Part shown: one piece after another, positions 1 to 12,000 of the stretch
Layout: every line of letters starts with the position of its first letter
Numbering within the stretch: position 1 is the first letter of the stretch
Assembly (NCBI RefSeq): GCF_000150275.1
Contig: NW_002060945.1
Span: 6,197,246 to 6,261,245 of the forward strand
From: Trichoplax adhaerens
Lineage: Eukaryota; Animalia; Placozoa
DNA: 64,000 nucleotides
Direction: 5' to 3'
Notes under the pieces: model-generated
Told to the model about the DNA's origin: nothing
Database searches by the model: none
Seen by the model: the letters and a program-made list of their open reading frames with translations, nothing else
Program-made: the position numbers and the translations under genes

Positions 1-3000
1 ACTGTAAATAACGATGATTATTTCTAGGAAAGTAAACTGTAAATTCTGATATTTACCGACACTATTAGCCACATGAGATGGAACCTAAACATGCATGGAA
101 AAAGTAGAACATCAGTAAGGAAGATCAATCGAACATGTTATTATTGCATGAGTTGATAACATACATCAAAATTGACGATATTATAATATTCCGGTGGGCT
201 CGTGTTGATGTAAACATCTTGTGGATTATTGGAGGCCATCACTTCTGCCCATGGATCATTAGTAGCAACTAAATGGCTATCCTTTAACCTATCATTAATA
301 TTTCCTGTCGTATCCTATCGATTAAACATATTGATAGCTTAAATAAAAGTATTAGAGATTGAAATACTGCCATACCATAGGTACTTATATTACGTTGGTA
401 TAACTTCAAAATTATAATGACTTACAGATAAATCGATTAAGGCAACTTCGGTTTCGATATGGGCTGATTGGCTGCGCAAAACTTTAGGTGGTACCTAATT
501 TTTCGATTAAAAATAAAAGTTACTTATGCTCTACTACTAAGAAGTAATTGATTGATTATAACTTTGTTACCGATAAGTTTTGATCATCTGGTGGAGCAGT
601 GCCTCGCAATTGAACAGGAGCAACGCTTTGCAATTCAGGAGGAACAGAGGTTTGTAACTCAGGAGGAGCTGACGGTTGTCTGGTTAACGTTCTGATAATA
701 TCATCATTGATATATTTCGCCTACACATACATGGACAATATACTCTTATTAATTCATTCTTGAAAGAGCTGCATTGCTTACAATACAAATTGGCAAATTT
801 TGTACCTGAGATTCCAGCTCATTAACATCTTTGTTCTTAGACATATTACTAACACATAGAAATTGCGAGAAGATGAAAAAGTATAGTTAAAGATAGGTAC
901 GAATAGAACATATAAAAATAAGGACTACAGGGCCTACTTTGGAATTTCACCATCGACTGCTTGCTGAGCGCTTGCTCTAGCTTGTTTGGTAGTTCTTTTA
1001 TAACACAATTCAAAAGCTTGACCAAGTGTTACCACCAAACAGTCAGCAACGTCATTTTCACAGGAGAAGACGTAGCAGCCTTGATTAATTGAAATATGTC
1101 AATTTTATTTGTCTCGAAGTAATTTCCAATCATTCTTTATTTAATCTTATGGCTTGAACACAAATAATAAAAGATTGTTCAGAAATGAGCGTTCAAGTCT
1201 AAACTTACATCTTTTGTCTGCAGATTCTTTAGCGACATAGGCTAAAAACTGAGATTGTTCCTATCATTGTATATAGAAATTTTGGTCAGTGTTATCAGGA
1301 AATATTGTGATAAACTTGAATAAAAAAATATGAGACATATATCAAATTCAAACCTTTTCACCGCAAGCAACGTAGGAAATGCCTTTGACGCTGTGATTGA
1401 AAATACTCTGATACATGAAATTATAATTAATACATGTGTATAAATGTTATAAAATAGTCGCTTAGCATCTATTGCTCAATACGAGTATAGTATAAAACTT
1501 GATCATCATTAGGAATACTGCATCATAATATACTAATGGCATACCTCGTTTAACTTGATATCATAAGTAATCACTTGAGTTACAGTCACGGCTACACCAA
1601 CTTCATGACCAACAAATGAATTTTTAGCATAAGCTAAGAAAATGAAGATCAAATATGATTGATGTTAAGTAATCCAAGTAACGATATATAAGATCCTATT
1701 TAATTTGTCAATCCACTTTAGCAATAGGCACAATCAATTGATTGTAATCGTGATTACCGCCGAGAAACTTTGCTGCTTGCTTGCTCATCTAAATTGAAAT
1801 ATAATATAAAGGAATATTCGAGATGAAAACTATGAAGACGTCTATGGTTAAGGCTGTAGCTATTCATTTTTCAGCGTTATATTCGACTGCTTAGTACTAG
1901 AGAAGGTGCGCCTATATAATTATTGATTTGTTGAGGTTGTCAGTACCTTTCGTTTTTTCATATCCTTGTACGGGCCACATTTTGTTTCTATCGCGCATTT
2001 TGAAATGGCATCACTATATACGAACATTAAGGTTAAATTGAAACATGGATCAATTTATAAGCACTTTTCTTTCTTTAAAAAAGTCCCGAATTACTTTTGA
2101 CAAATTTAATGATTCAAGATTGATACATCGGCGGCATTAAAATAATAATTGTGAGCACTGAGCAGTGATGGATTAAAAATTGAGCGACTCCCGTAGCTAT
2201 AAGAAGTAATCGATTCATCTTGTAGAATACATGTGCTGTATATCAGAGGAATTGGGTTTAGTTTTATTCTAACCGAATCCTGTTTATCAATCTACACACT
2301 TGTACAATATCCACGTCTAAATATTATTTTCCAAGGATAACTATATCATTACATAGAAATTGGGTACTCGTAAAACTATCATGGACTAATATGCGAATGC
2401 TAATCTCGAAATCTTGTGAAATTAGTCAAGACTTGAGACGCATGGCTTTGGCAGCTCTAGCTAGCGTGGAATTCCAACAGTGATCCATATATACTGCATT
2501 TGTCAGTACATCCCCCAATTTGGCTTCTCACTTTTGCTCTCTATATGATCGTTCTATATGTAAAACTCATTTTGTAGTTGGTCATCTCCTCGGATTGACC
2601 ATTCCCATATTTGATCGATAACCGAATCTGCCAGGATACTAGATATCGTAGTATCCGTCTATCACTGATTTTTCTCTTCATTTTTATCTCCAAAAGTAAT
2701 TTTGTGATATTATTCAAGGCGCATGGCTTTGGCAGCTAGAACTATATCGATACGAGATATTTTAAATATTACTCCAGTAACAACTTTAAAGGAAACTTTT
2801 TTTCTCATTTTTATGTCTATTACTTTTGTTTCAACTATCAATGCTGCAAAAGGGGATATCACATGTTAATAGCGCCATTGAGCTTGATATATTAAGTTTA
2901 CTGTATGTGTAGTAAGTAATTTAAAAAGAAAACTACTGTATCTACGGTACAAGTATAATGCAGAAGATAGGTGATTGTTGGCGAGAGGCAAGCCATGAAC

Positions 3001-5846
3001 TGTCGTCGATATGTTAGATATAGTTGGTAGTTTGCGGGTAAGCCTATCAGACTAGAGTTATCGTTCCTATCACCGTTAGAAAATTGATTATGTCGATGCC
3101 GACAGTTTTGATTTGTACCGGCAGCAATTCATTCAATGGTGAAATTCCGTAGAACTGTTGATTACAGTAAGCCAAATTATCATCAGTCCTGAAATTATCG
3201 GGAAAGAACATCCAAGACAAGTGACCTAGTGGTTTAGATATTTAAATTCAATCCTGTCGCTATAACATAGAAGATGTATAATAGTAGTGTGGATGTGGAT
3301 ATTCATAATTTGACCTATTTCGCAAATAGTCAATGGCAACAGTTATCACGAATTTGCTGTCAAAGATATTGTTGCTAAGCAAGTGGCTAACAGATTTTTT
3401 TTTTTGTAACAGATCAATATGCCAATTATGGATTAAGGGATTAGTAGAAAAAGATGCAAAAATATGTTTTAACATATGTGTTCCTTTATTAAGATAGCTA
3501 ACAGTGCCCTTTTAAAAGTGTGGATTGTTTATGTTGGCATACAATAATTTGATTGATTTTAACATTGGACCTCTTATGTCATTCTATAAAAAAAAAATAA
3601 TAATTTGACGACATTCAGCAATGAGCATAAGTAAAAACATTGTCGCTGTTGGATCGATATCATGAAGCGATGGCGATCAAACCATTGCGGTATTTCGATC
3701 TTTTTGATTCATTTACATACGACGATGATGAACACTTCTACTGCCATTTAGTTTGTCTTTTCATTCTTTTACCTTCAATTAATTACATTTTGCATAGTTA
3801 CAGTAAGCGTTATAGTTGGTAGAAGAACCAGGTGTGGAAAAAATAGAATGGCTATCTTGGACAGTACTGCATTGTCCGATTGAATACGTTCATATAGGGT
3901 AAAGCAATGGAGTAGATTTGTGAATCATCGCTAGCGGATTACATGGAAATTAATCACAGATGAACAACGATGACATAAGAATGATGACATCAAGTCGTTG
4001 ATTATTTTTTTGTTACTTACAGTATCTAAGGAAGTTTTAAATGAGAAGTATCCATCGTCTTGCAATAGTAACTATTACACATCAGGATCAGTTCAAGAAA
4101 ATTATTTACAATTCAAATACTTTCCTCATTTCATCATATAATTGTATCTACTATGCGAGTATGTCAATAAAACTCAATTCCGTTTCTAGTGTTTAGATGG
4201 TCAATAAAATAAAACATTGGCAATCTTTTTTAATGGATGATTTATCTTATTGATTGTTCATCTATTTGGACGAAATTGTGATGAGAATTCACATGGGGAT
4301 TTAGGTGCAGTAAAAAAATTCAAATTTCAAATTTCATACGTAGTACAACATGCTGCTTGGATCTTGTAAAAATTTAAACAGCATCACTTTTAGTCTTAGC
4401 ATTTATAAAGTGTATCTAGGGTGAAAGCAATGGGACTGGATAAAAAAAAGATAGGGTGGTGATAATTTTACCCGTATAGGATTTCATGATATACAGTAAA
4501 TCTTGTATACTTGCACTTACCGAATAATTTCCGTGCGAAGTTCGTCTGTACAGGTTCGTATAGAACTGATGATCGGAATGCATCCAATGTACTAGAAAAG
4601 ATCAAATTTAAGATAGAATGATTAAGTGGATGATCTTCTTATAGTATTTTAAAATGGCTTCATCCGCTTGCATAAAATTGTAGGTTAGTGAAAACAAAAA
4701 TTAAGGTTAAATGGAAGACATGATTGTACTTGTAGAAAATCACTAGCATGGATTACGTTGAAGGCCAAACTTAGTAAATTGAACAATTTAAGATTGCATT
4801 TCAATCCATATGTAATCGAGAATGATTCATATCTAGTCGATCATGTTCAAGGTAGAATAAAATTGATCATTGGATAGGAATCTTATGACTAGATTTACCA
4901 GAAGGATTAAAAGTTATGTACTGTAGATCAGTTCATTACAGTATAATTATTCAAACGATTTTGTCGTGTAGAACTTGAAGTACGACACGTATAAGGCAAT
5001 CCATCATGAAGGTGTACTTGATTTTAACGCTTTGTAACTTACTGGAAAGGATATGAAAAATTTGCTACTGCAGTTGGATATTATCCAATGGATTTATTCG
5101 CCCATTCAACATGAAGTAGAACTACTGTACTTTGCAAGTCGATTGCCTAGATGGCTTTTTATCAGGCTTGGGCAATATCCAAGAGTAGAGTGCACACATC
5201 AAGGAAAAAGGAATATCAAAGGTGTCCACTAGCGATACCCTATCACAGAGTCCATGACTCCCTGCAATAGAGCTATGAACTAAGATTACTCATCTCATCT
5301 AGAGTAGGTATGACTCTATTACAAAATTAAGAGACATGGAGCTACTGCCATGTTGTCTTGACAATTTTCCAGGTCTATTCTACTCATGCTTGCTACTCTT
5401 GCGAAACATGCATGGTGGACAAGCGATGAGATGATGAATCATGAATTTATCAATCCAAATCGAACCCATTAACTATAAATCCCTCTTCTATTCATAAACC
5501 CCATCCAACATGATCATCTTGTCCATCATCAATCAGTTCGATTATCCCTTGGATGATATCTAGACTGCTATTTCTCCTTTCAACTGGCTCAATTCTTTCC
5601 GTCCTCCTCCCCCCTAATTTTTTGCTTGCGCTCTTGTTGTTATTGTTGGATGATGCGTGTAAAATTCAACTTGATCATCATCTTTTGCACCCTTCAAAAT
5701 GGAGATCCAATAGCAATCAAGAAGTATCGATAATTAACACTTACTTTAGATGTATAACAAGCTCCACCACCATCTTCGAAGACACTAGATGGATGGATCC
5801 AACGGTAAGCTTTGCCTTTTTTACGATGTTCTCGACGGCCATTCAT
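1..5846 (-). CDS. SHC: Shc-family adaptor protein (PTB domain plus CH1-like linker); multi-exon, 3' end (expected SH2) lies beyond the left edge
   Basis: Exons at 5846-5745 (MNGRREHRKKGKAYRWIHPSSVFEDGGGACYTSK), ~4591-4521 (YIGCIPIISSIRTCTDELRTEIIR) and ~2014-938 (DAISKC...SIFNHSVKGISYVACGEKEQSQFLAYVAKESADKRCCYVFSCENDVADCLVVTLGQAFELCYKR). These align with the Shc1 PTB landmarks GWLHP, YMGC, ISFASGG, AYVAKD and TIGQAFEL. GT-AG boundaries keep the frame. The downstream linker has YxN motifs. Confidence 0.9.
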
Positions 5847-5943
5847 CTTGAATTTGCATGCCTAGTAGGCTAGCGGCAGCTTATTTAAGACGCGTCCAGT
5901 ATGGTGTCCGGCTGAGCACCTGGTGGTCATCATCGTCACAAAT

Positions 5944-6026
5944 TGACTCACAATTGCACGTCACTCCACCTAAAGGTCATCTTCAGCAGTACATGACGTC
6001 ATCGTGGTGATGACGTCATGTACTGC
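5944..6026. promoter_or_regulatory. bZIP-site cluster upstream of Shc: AP-1 site plus two full CRE sites inside a perfect 18-bp inverted repeat
   Basis: TGACTCA at 5944-5950; TGACGTCA at 5994-6001 and 6011-6018; GCAGTACATGACGTCATC (5986-6003)-GTGGT-GATGACGTCATGTACTGC (6009-6026). Lies about 100-180 bp upstream of the Shc ATG at 5846. Confidence 0.65.
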
Positions 6027-7048
6027 AGCACCAGTGCTAGCACTAGAAACACTATGGGAAACAATCATGTCCATGCCACATCATAGGGTAGTGTCCGGTT
6101 TTAGTCATACGGTACAGTGTAAACGAGGAGAAAAATAGTCGATACGCTTTATTAAGTGTTTAGCAGTTGATAAAAATGGCCATGATCGCTAGAAATGAGC
6201 TATCAGAAGGCAGAGTAGTATTAGGTAGAAATGTTGATGCAGTAAACTAAGCTAGGCAGTAGCATTGGTTAAAAATATCCAAGTAGTATAGCATTATAAC
6301 AGGGATGCTTAATTAATAAGAGAAATTCCTTAAAAATGGAATGGAGCTGGCAGGACGTAGCTGCATTTGGTAAAAATGTCCTAGCAGCAAAGCATAAGCG
6401 ACGATTACAACATGATGGACTATTGAAAATTGCTATACTAATCCTTTACAGCGATACTCCTCCAATGCCGACAACGATTGTTTTGACTAAATGAAATGAC
6501 TAGTCTACAGACTACAGCATGTACCATTTGTACATTGCTCAGTGCTTCAGAAATTAAGCCCCCAATCCTTTTGAGACAGTAATAGGGTAGAAAGTCTGAC
6601 CAGCAACAATAAAAATAGAGCTCAGCTGTCAGCAATGAATAGCTTTGAGGCTATTTTCCACCAGGTCGAATTGGAGACTACTTTGCACAGCAAATTGATT
6701 GGAGCTGAGTCTTTCAATTTGTCGCTAAGCTTTATAGTAGAGCAACGATTCAAAACCAAGATAAAAACAAATATGATAGTGCCGCCGGCAGTGCTCAGTA
6801 GGCTGGTAAAATCCCCGAGTGGCCATGACTCATACATTGTTATTATTATTATAATAATAATACATTATTTTGTCACACATTTATAAAAAGCAAGTTAGTA
6901 AGCATGAATGAATCATCCTTTAACCGCTAGAAGAAATGGGCTGCAGTCTACAAGAGATGCTCAATCATGCTGTAGACTATGCCATGGACTTGTCCATTAC
7001 TTGCAAAGTAATCGGCAAGTCTATGACAGTCACTGTAGAAGTATACGG

Positions 7049-8575
7049 TAGAAACGTACTGGAGAAGCATTGCAGATGATGACCGATTCTTCAGAATCAA
7101 ATTTCTTTCCTGGGCATTTTTTCATCGCTACGGTGCATACAGTCAGCGACTACTAAGGAAAGAAATTGGATCAGTCCCTGATCTAGCAGAGGCAAGAGGA
7201 TCATTGTTGATCTAGGGACTTTGAAGTTTTCCCTCTTTTTAAGAAGCCTCTGATTGATTCTGGCTTGCTTTAGGTCAGCAAGCTGCCTAGTAGCCACGTA
7301 CTGGAGAGCCATTGCAGATGATGACAGAATCTTTAGAATAAGATTTCTTTCTGGCATTTCGCCGCAGTGCATGCCATCTTTCATCGCTACGGTGCATGAC
7401 ACATACTGCCATACAATCAGCGACTACTAAAGAAAGAAATTGGATCAGTCCCTGATCTAATCGAGGCAAGGAGATCATTGTTGATCCAAGGACTTTTTCA
7501 GTTTTCCCACTTATGAACAAGCCCATGATTCATTCTGGCTTACTTAGGTCAGCCAGCTGCAAAGTAGAAACGTGCAGTACTGGAGTAGCATTGCAGATGC
7601 TTACAGATTCCTCTGGATATATCACCAGAAATTTGATCAGTCCTTGATCTAATAGAGGCAGGGAGATCAATGCTGATCCAGGGACTTTAGGTCATCTAGC
7701 TACAAAGTAGAAACGTACTGTATTGGAGAAGCATTGCAGATGATGACAGATTCTTCAGAATAGAATTTCTTTTCTGGATATTTGATTAGTCCCTGATCTA
7801 ATCGAGGCAGGAAGATCATAGTTGATCCAAGGACTTTGTCAGTTTTCCCACTTATTAACAAGCCCGTGATTGATTCTGGCTTACTTTAGATCAGCCAGCT
7901 GCAAAGCAGAGACTTGCAGTACTGGAGAAGCATTGCAGATGCTTACAGATTCCTCTGGACATATCATCAGAAATTTGATCAGTCCTTGATCTAATCGAGG
8001 CAGGGAGATCATTGTTGATCCAGGGACTTTAGGTCATCAAGCTGCAAAGTAGAAACGTACTGTATTGGAGAAGCATTGCAGATGATGACAGATTCTTCAG
8101 AATAGAATTTCTTTTCTGGAATTTGATCAGTCGCTGATCTAATCGAGGCAGGGATTGTTGATTCAGGGACTTTGCTAGTTTTCCCTCTTATTAAGAAGCC
8201 CGTGATTGATTCTGGCTTACTTAAGGTCAGCCAGCTGCAAAGTAGAAACGTACTGGAGAAGCATTGCAGATGATGACAGATTCTTCAGAATACAATTTCT
8301 TTTCTGGAATTTGATCAGTCGCTTGATCCAATCGAGGCAGGGATTGTTGATCCAGGGACTTTGCTAGTTTTCCCTCTTATTAAGAAGCCCGTGATTGATT
8401 CTGGCTTACTTTAGGTCAGCCAGCTGCAAAGCAGAAACGTAATGGAGAAGCATTGCAGATGATAGCAGATTCTTCACAACACAATTTCTTTTCTGGACAT
8501 TTAATCAGTCCCTGATCTAATCGAGGCAGGGAGGTCATTATTGGTCAAGGGACTTTGCCAGTTTTCCCTCTTGGA
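7049..8575. repeat. Complex tandem repeat (minisatellite/satellite), 8 degenerate units of ~140-280 bp
   Basis: The anchor (G)TACTGGAGAAGCATTGCAGATG recurs at ~7056, 7298, 7577, 7720, 7919, 8063, 8249 and 8439. Each unit also carries an AGTCCCTGATC...GATCCAGGGACT-like motif. Confidence 0.95.
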
Positions 8576-9053
8576 AGCCCTTTAATTGATTGTAGATTAG
8601 GGTTAGACTGCTATAAACTTGCATGCAAGCAGCTCGCCATTTTATTTATTTACAACTGCCTTGCTCGAGGGTAGAATATAGGATAGTGTAGCATACGCTC
8701 CAATCAAGTCAGTCAAACCGAAGTCTAATTGAATAATTACTTGCTGTCGCTTGACAGGAATATCAGTCTACTATAGAGTGTATCATGGGCTACTACTCAA
8801 CTCAGTCAAATAGCTTTTAATGGTAGGACGATGTTTTGGACATACTGCGATTGCCGAGAGTGGGGTCATTTGTCAAATCTTGCAAATACAGTATACTGCT
8901 CCATCCACTCCATCGGAGTAGAGTCAAAATCTGTTGAAATTCTACGAAATTCGCTGACAGCCTAGCATTGCATCATACGTGGCAAGAGAAATGGCCACCA
9001 GCAACTTATCCTCCTCCTTCTTGCCTTCAATGGCGTAATTGGAATACACAGTC

Positions 9054-12000
9054 ATGGCTGCTTCTGATCTACTCGATAAGTTTAACTATGTCTACAGCTG
9101 CGATCTAGATACTTATGTCTATATTAAAATGTAAGTAAATGGATAGGAAAGTAAGTCGTTATTCTGCCCTAAGAGTTGTTGCATGAAGCAATGCATTCGT
9201 TCTACTGGATAGAGATTCTGTCTGTCGAGACAAGATGTCTCTCTCCAATAACCAATAAATATGCTTGATTGACTACACTAAATCATTCTCTACCAAGTCG
9301 ATGTAAATAATAAGGAATGAATACGATGATAGACATGAGAATGTAAAGGAGAAAAATCTAATCATATCTTGATCCAAATATGTAGAGGAACTTTAGAAGG
9401 GAAACGAGATCGAAAGTGTTTAAAAGCTCTTGTTGACGATCCAGTCTTAAAATTTTCAGGTCTTTATGAAAGGTAAGTCAAATATAAAATCACAACCTAG
9501 TGCAATCAATGAATAATCAGTCTAGGTTATAAATGAGTTAGCTTTACCCTTGATGAGAAGATATACCGATCAATATGCGACTATCATTAGAACGTTGTGA
9601 AATTATATCACCATTGTAATAATAACAACTGCAATAGCAACAAGGATAATCGATGCAGTGGTTTGACAGATAGAACGTACAATGACTGCTCTTCTTCCTC
9701 ATATCAATCTACAGTAATCGTTTTATACTATCAATATCCCAGCAGTGGACAATGATGTTGCTAGGCTAATTGAGGATAGATAAACGTACAAGTACATTTT
9801 CCAAAATCAGACCATTTCTAGACGTATACTCGCTACCATCGATTCGTAGTACATTAATGCTATCGCCTCCATACAGTACGAGGAATGTAGGAAAGATTCT
9901 CATCCGTCATCCTACAGTATTGTATTGTGCCTCCAGATTAAACTTGAAATCTTGACTATGATTCCATATAGTGAGAAAGCAGATCTATTTGTATCATGCA
10001 AAGTCTATGACAACAACGTTGAATTAACACTGCCAACAAGAACATCTTACAAACCTTTTAGCAGAAGATGGAAGTAAGTTTATTTGCTATAGCTGGTATC
10101 CAAATTGCTAATTTTGCATATACAAATTGACTGGATACATGACTACATATTGATTCTAATACTGTACGTGTAATTTCTTAGTTGGAATGAATGGATTAAA
10201 TTACCTATCAAGTATAGCGATTTGCCAAGGAATGCCCAGGTACAGTAATCTTATTCTCGATACTAAAGCCTTTCTACGGTATCTGAATGGTTGTCATATT
10301 TGCTTAATCTATTCATTCATCTACAATACAACGACTGATCTACAAGCAGTACTTACTGCTTAACTTGAAAAACAATCCATTTGATTGCATTACTTTACAC
10401 CTTTATGATAGATTGCTATTACCATTTGGGATATTTACGGGTCAAAGAAAGCTATACCTGTTGGCGCAACAACGGTATCACTATTTGGCAAGAACGGGTA
10501 ATTTCAAAAATAGACAGAATGCAATTGTACTATACTTTTCTGCGATAGGTTTCAATCAAAGTAATCCTTCAACTTACACTCACGTACACGTATATGCAAT
10601 TTTCTTTACTTATTGTATCTAAATACCTACCTTGATTAAGAGTATACTAATCATAATACTTGCCAGCATTATGCTAGTTATTAATCTGCTTTAACCGAAT
10701 TAATTAATACTACAAAACTACTGATTGCTGTAGTGTCATGTAAGCTAACTAAATATGGATATACTCGTATCATTGTTTCTACCACAGAATTTTCCGACGC
10801 GGAATACATGATTTTAAAGTGTGGCCTGATGTTGAGGCTGATGGGAAGGTTAATACTACTACCCCAGGTAAAATGTCCGATGACTGCTCTCAGAAACAAA
10901 TGATGCGATTAAGCAAGGTAAACTACTACTTTAGACAGGAGTAATTGAACGTAAAATCGCTCTAGACATTTCGTTATAACTTGGCGTCACTACTATCTCG
11001 TCACCTACCTACTCTAATTTTAGCTAAGCAAAAAACACCGTAAAGGCCGAATGAAAGAAGTCGATTGGCTTGATAGGCTTGCTTTTAGAGAAATTGAGCA
11101 AATTAATGAGGTTATGACCGTTCTTATCATTATGAACTTCAATTAGCTCGTTGTGTCGTTTGAGAATAATAACCAATAAAATAAGTCTTCTTATGAGCGC
11201 TATTGGTTTGTCAGTTATATGTGGCCATTTTTGATATTAATTAGAAAGAAAAAAGAGATTCTAACATGATGTTTTTAATGGTGGAATTTCCACGGATACA
11301 TCGTGAAAATGACGATTATTGCATTGTATACTTTGAAAAGGTAGGTTATGATAGCTAGTTGTAAGTTCTATTGCTAATTCATTAGAATAAAATGCAAGTA
11401 CGTTTACTATGTCACACTGTACCACAGACTTGATTGTATCCTTAACTCAATTATTTGTGGACAGGATGCAACTTCTGAAGATGTTGTTAAGCCATTAAAT
11501 GATATTATTGTTTTACCGGATCCAGAATTGGAATGTGTAAGGAATAACAGATATTTCCATTTCATTTTTCCCATCTGTCTAAAGCTTTGCAATTTTTGCG
11601 TAATCCTCGTTAGAGTAATTTAGCTGAGATGAAGCACCATAAATTGATGCGAGCCCTAAGGACAGGAACACGCGAGCTTAAACCCAATGCGGAAATTAGA
11701 GACTTACTGAATGTAGACAATCTAGATTATCTTAAATTGTCTCATTTACTTGGAATGTTTAGCAAGGATTTGTATTGCAATGTTTTCACTAAACTATCTT
11801 ATTTGAACTCCTGGCATAAACAGATAATTATGAATTATCCGCCTACAAAGTTTTTAACGGCTGACGAAGAAGATTTAATCTGGAGATTTCGTTTCTATTT
11901 ATCCAGTTATAAAAAAGTTTGTCCTAAAAAATTGATGTAATTATCTCGATGTCGTTTTAGTCATTTATTGACTTACGCTATCAAACTATATCCGTACGTG

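Noticed and set aside
5553-5873. 106-aa + strand hydrophobic ORF
   Set aside because: Antisense to Shc exon 1 and intron 1, with no recognisable family.
6438-6886. Short overlapping ORFs between the Shc promoter and the tandem array
   Set aside because: No motif, no consistent splice pattern and no recognisable similarity.
7097-7526. Minus-strand ORFs in the tandem array read as a repeat protein
   Set aside because: Other units carry stops and frame-breaking indels, and there is no recognisable domain.
7049-8575. Array as CRISPR, hammerhead-ribozyme satellite or SL-RNA/snRNA cluster
   Set aside because: Eukaryotic context with no unique spacers or cas genes. A CTGAAGA occurs on the minus strand but without a correctly placed stem II-GAAA-stem III-UH core. 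No clear Sm site or splice-donor arrangement.
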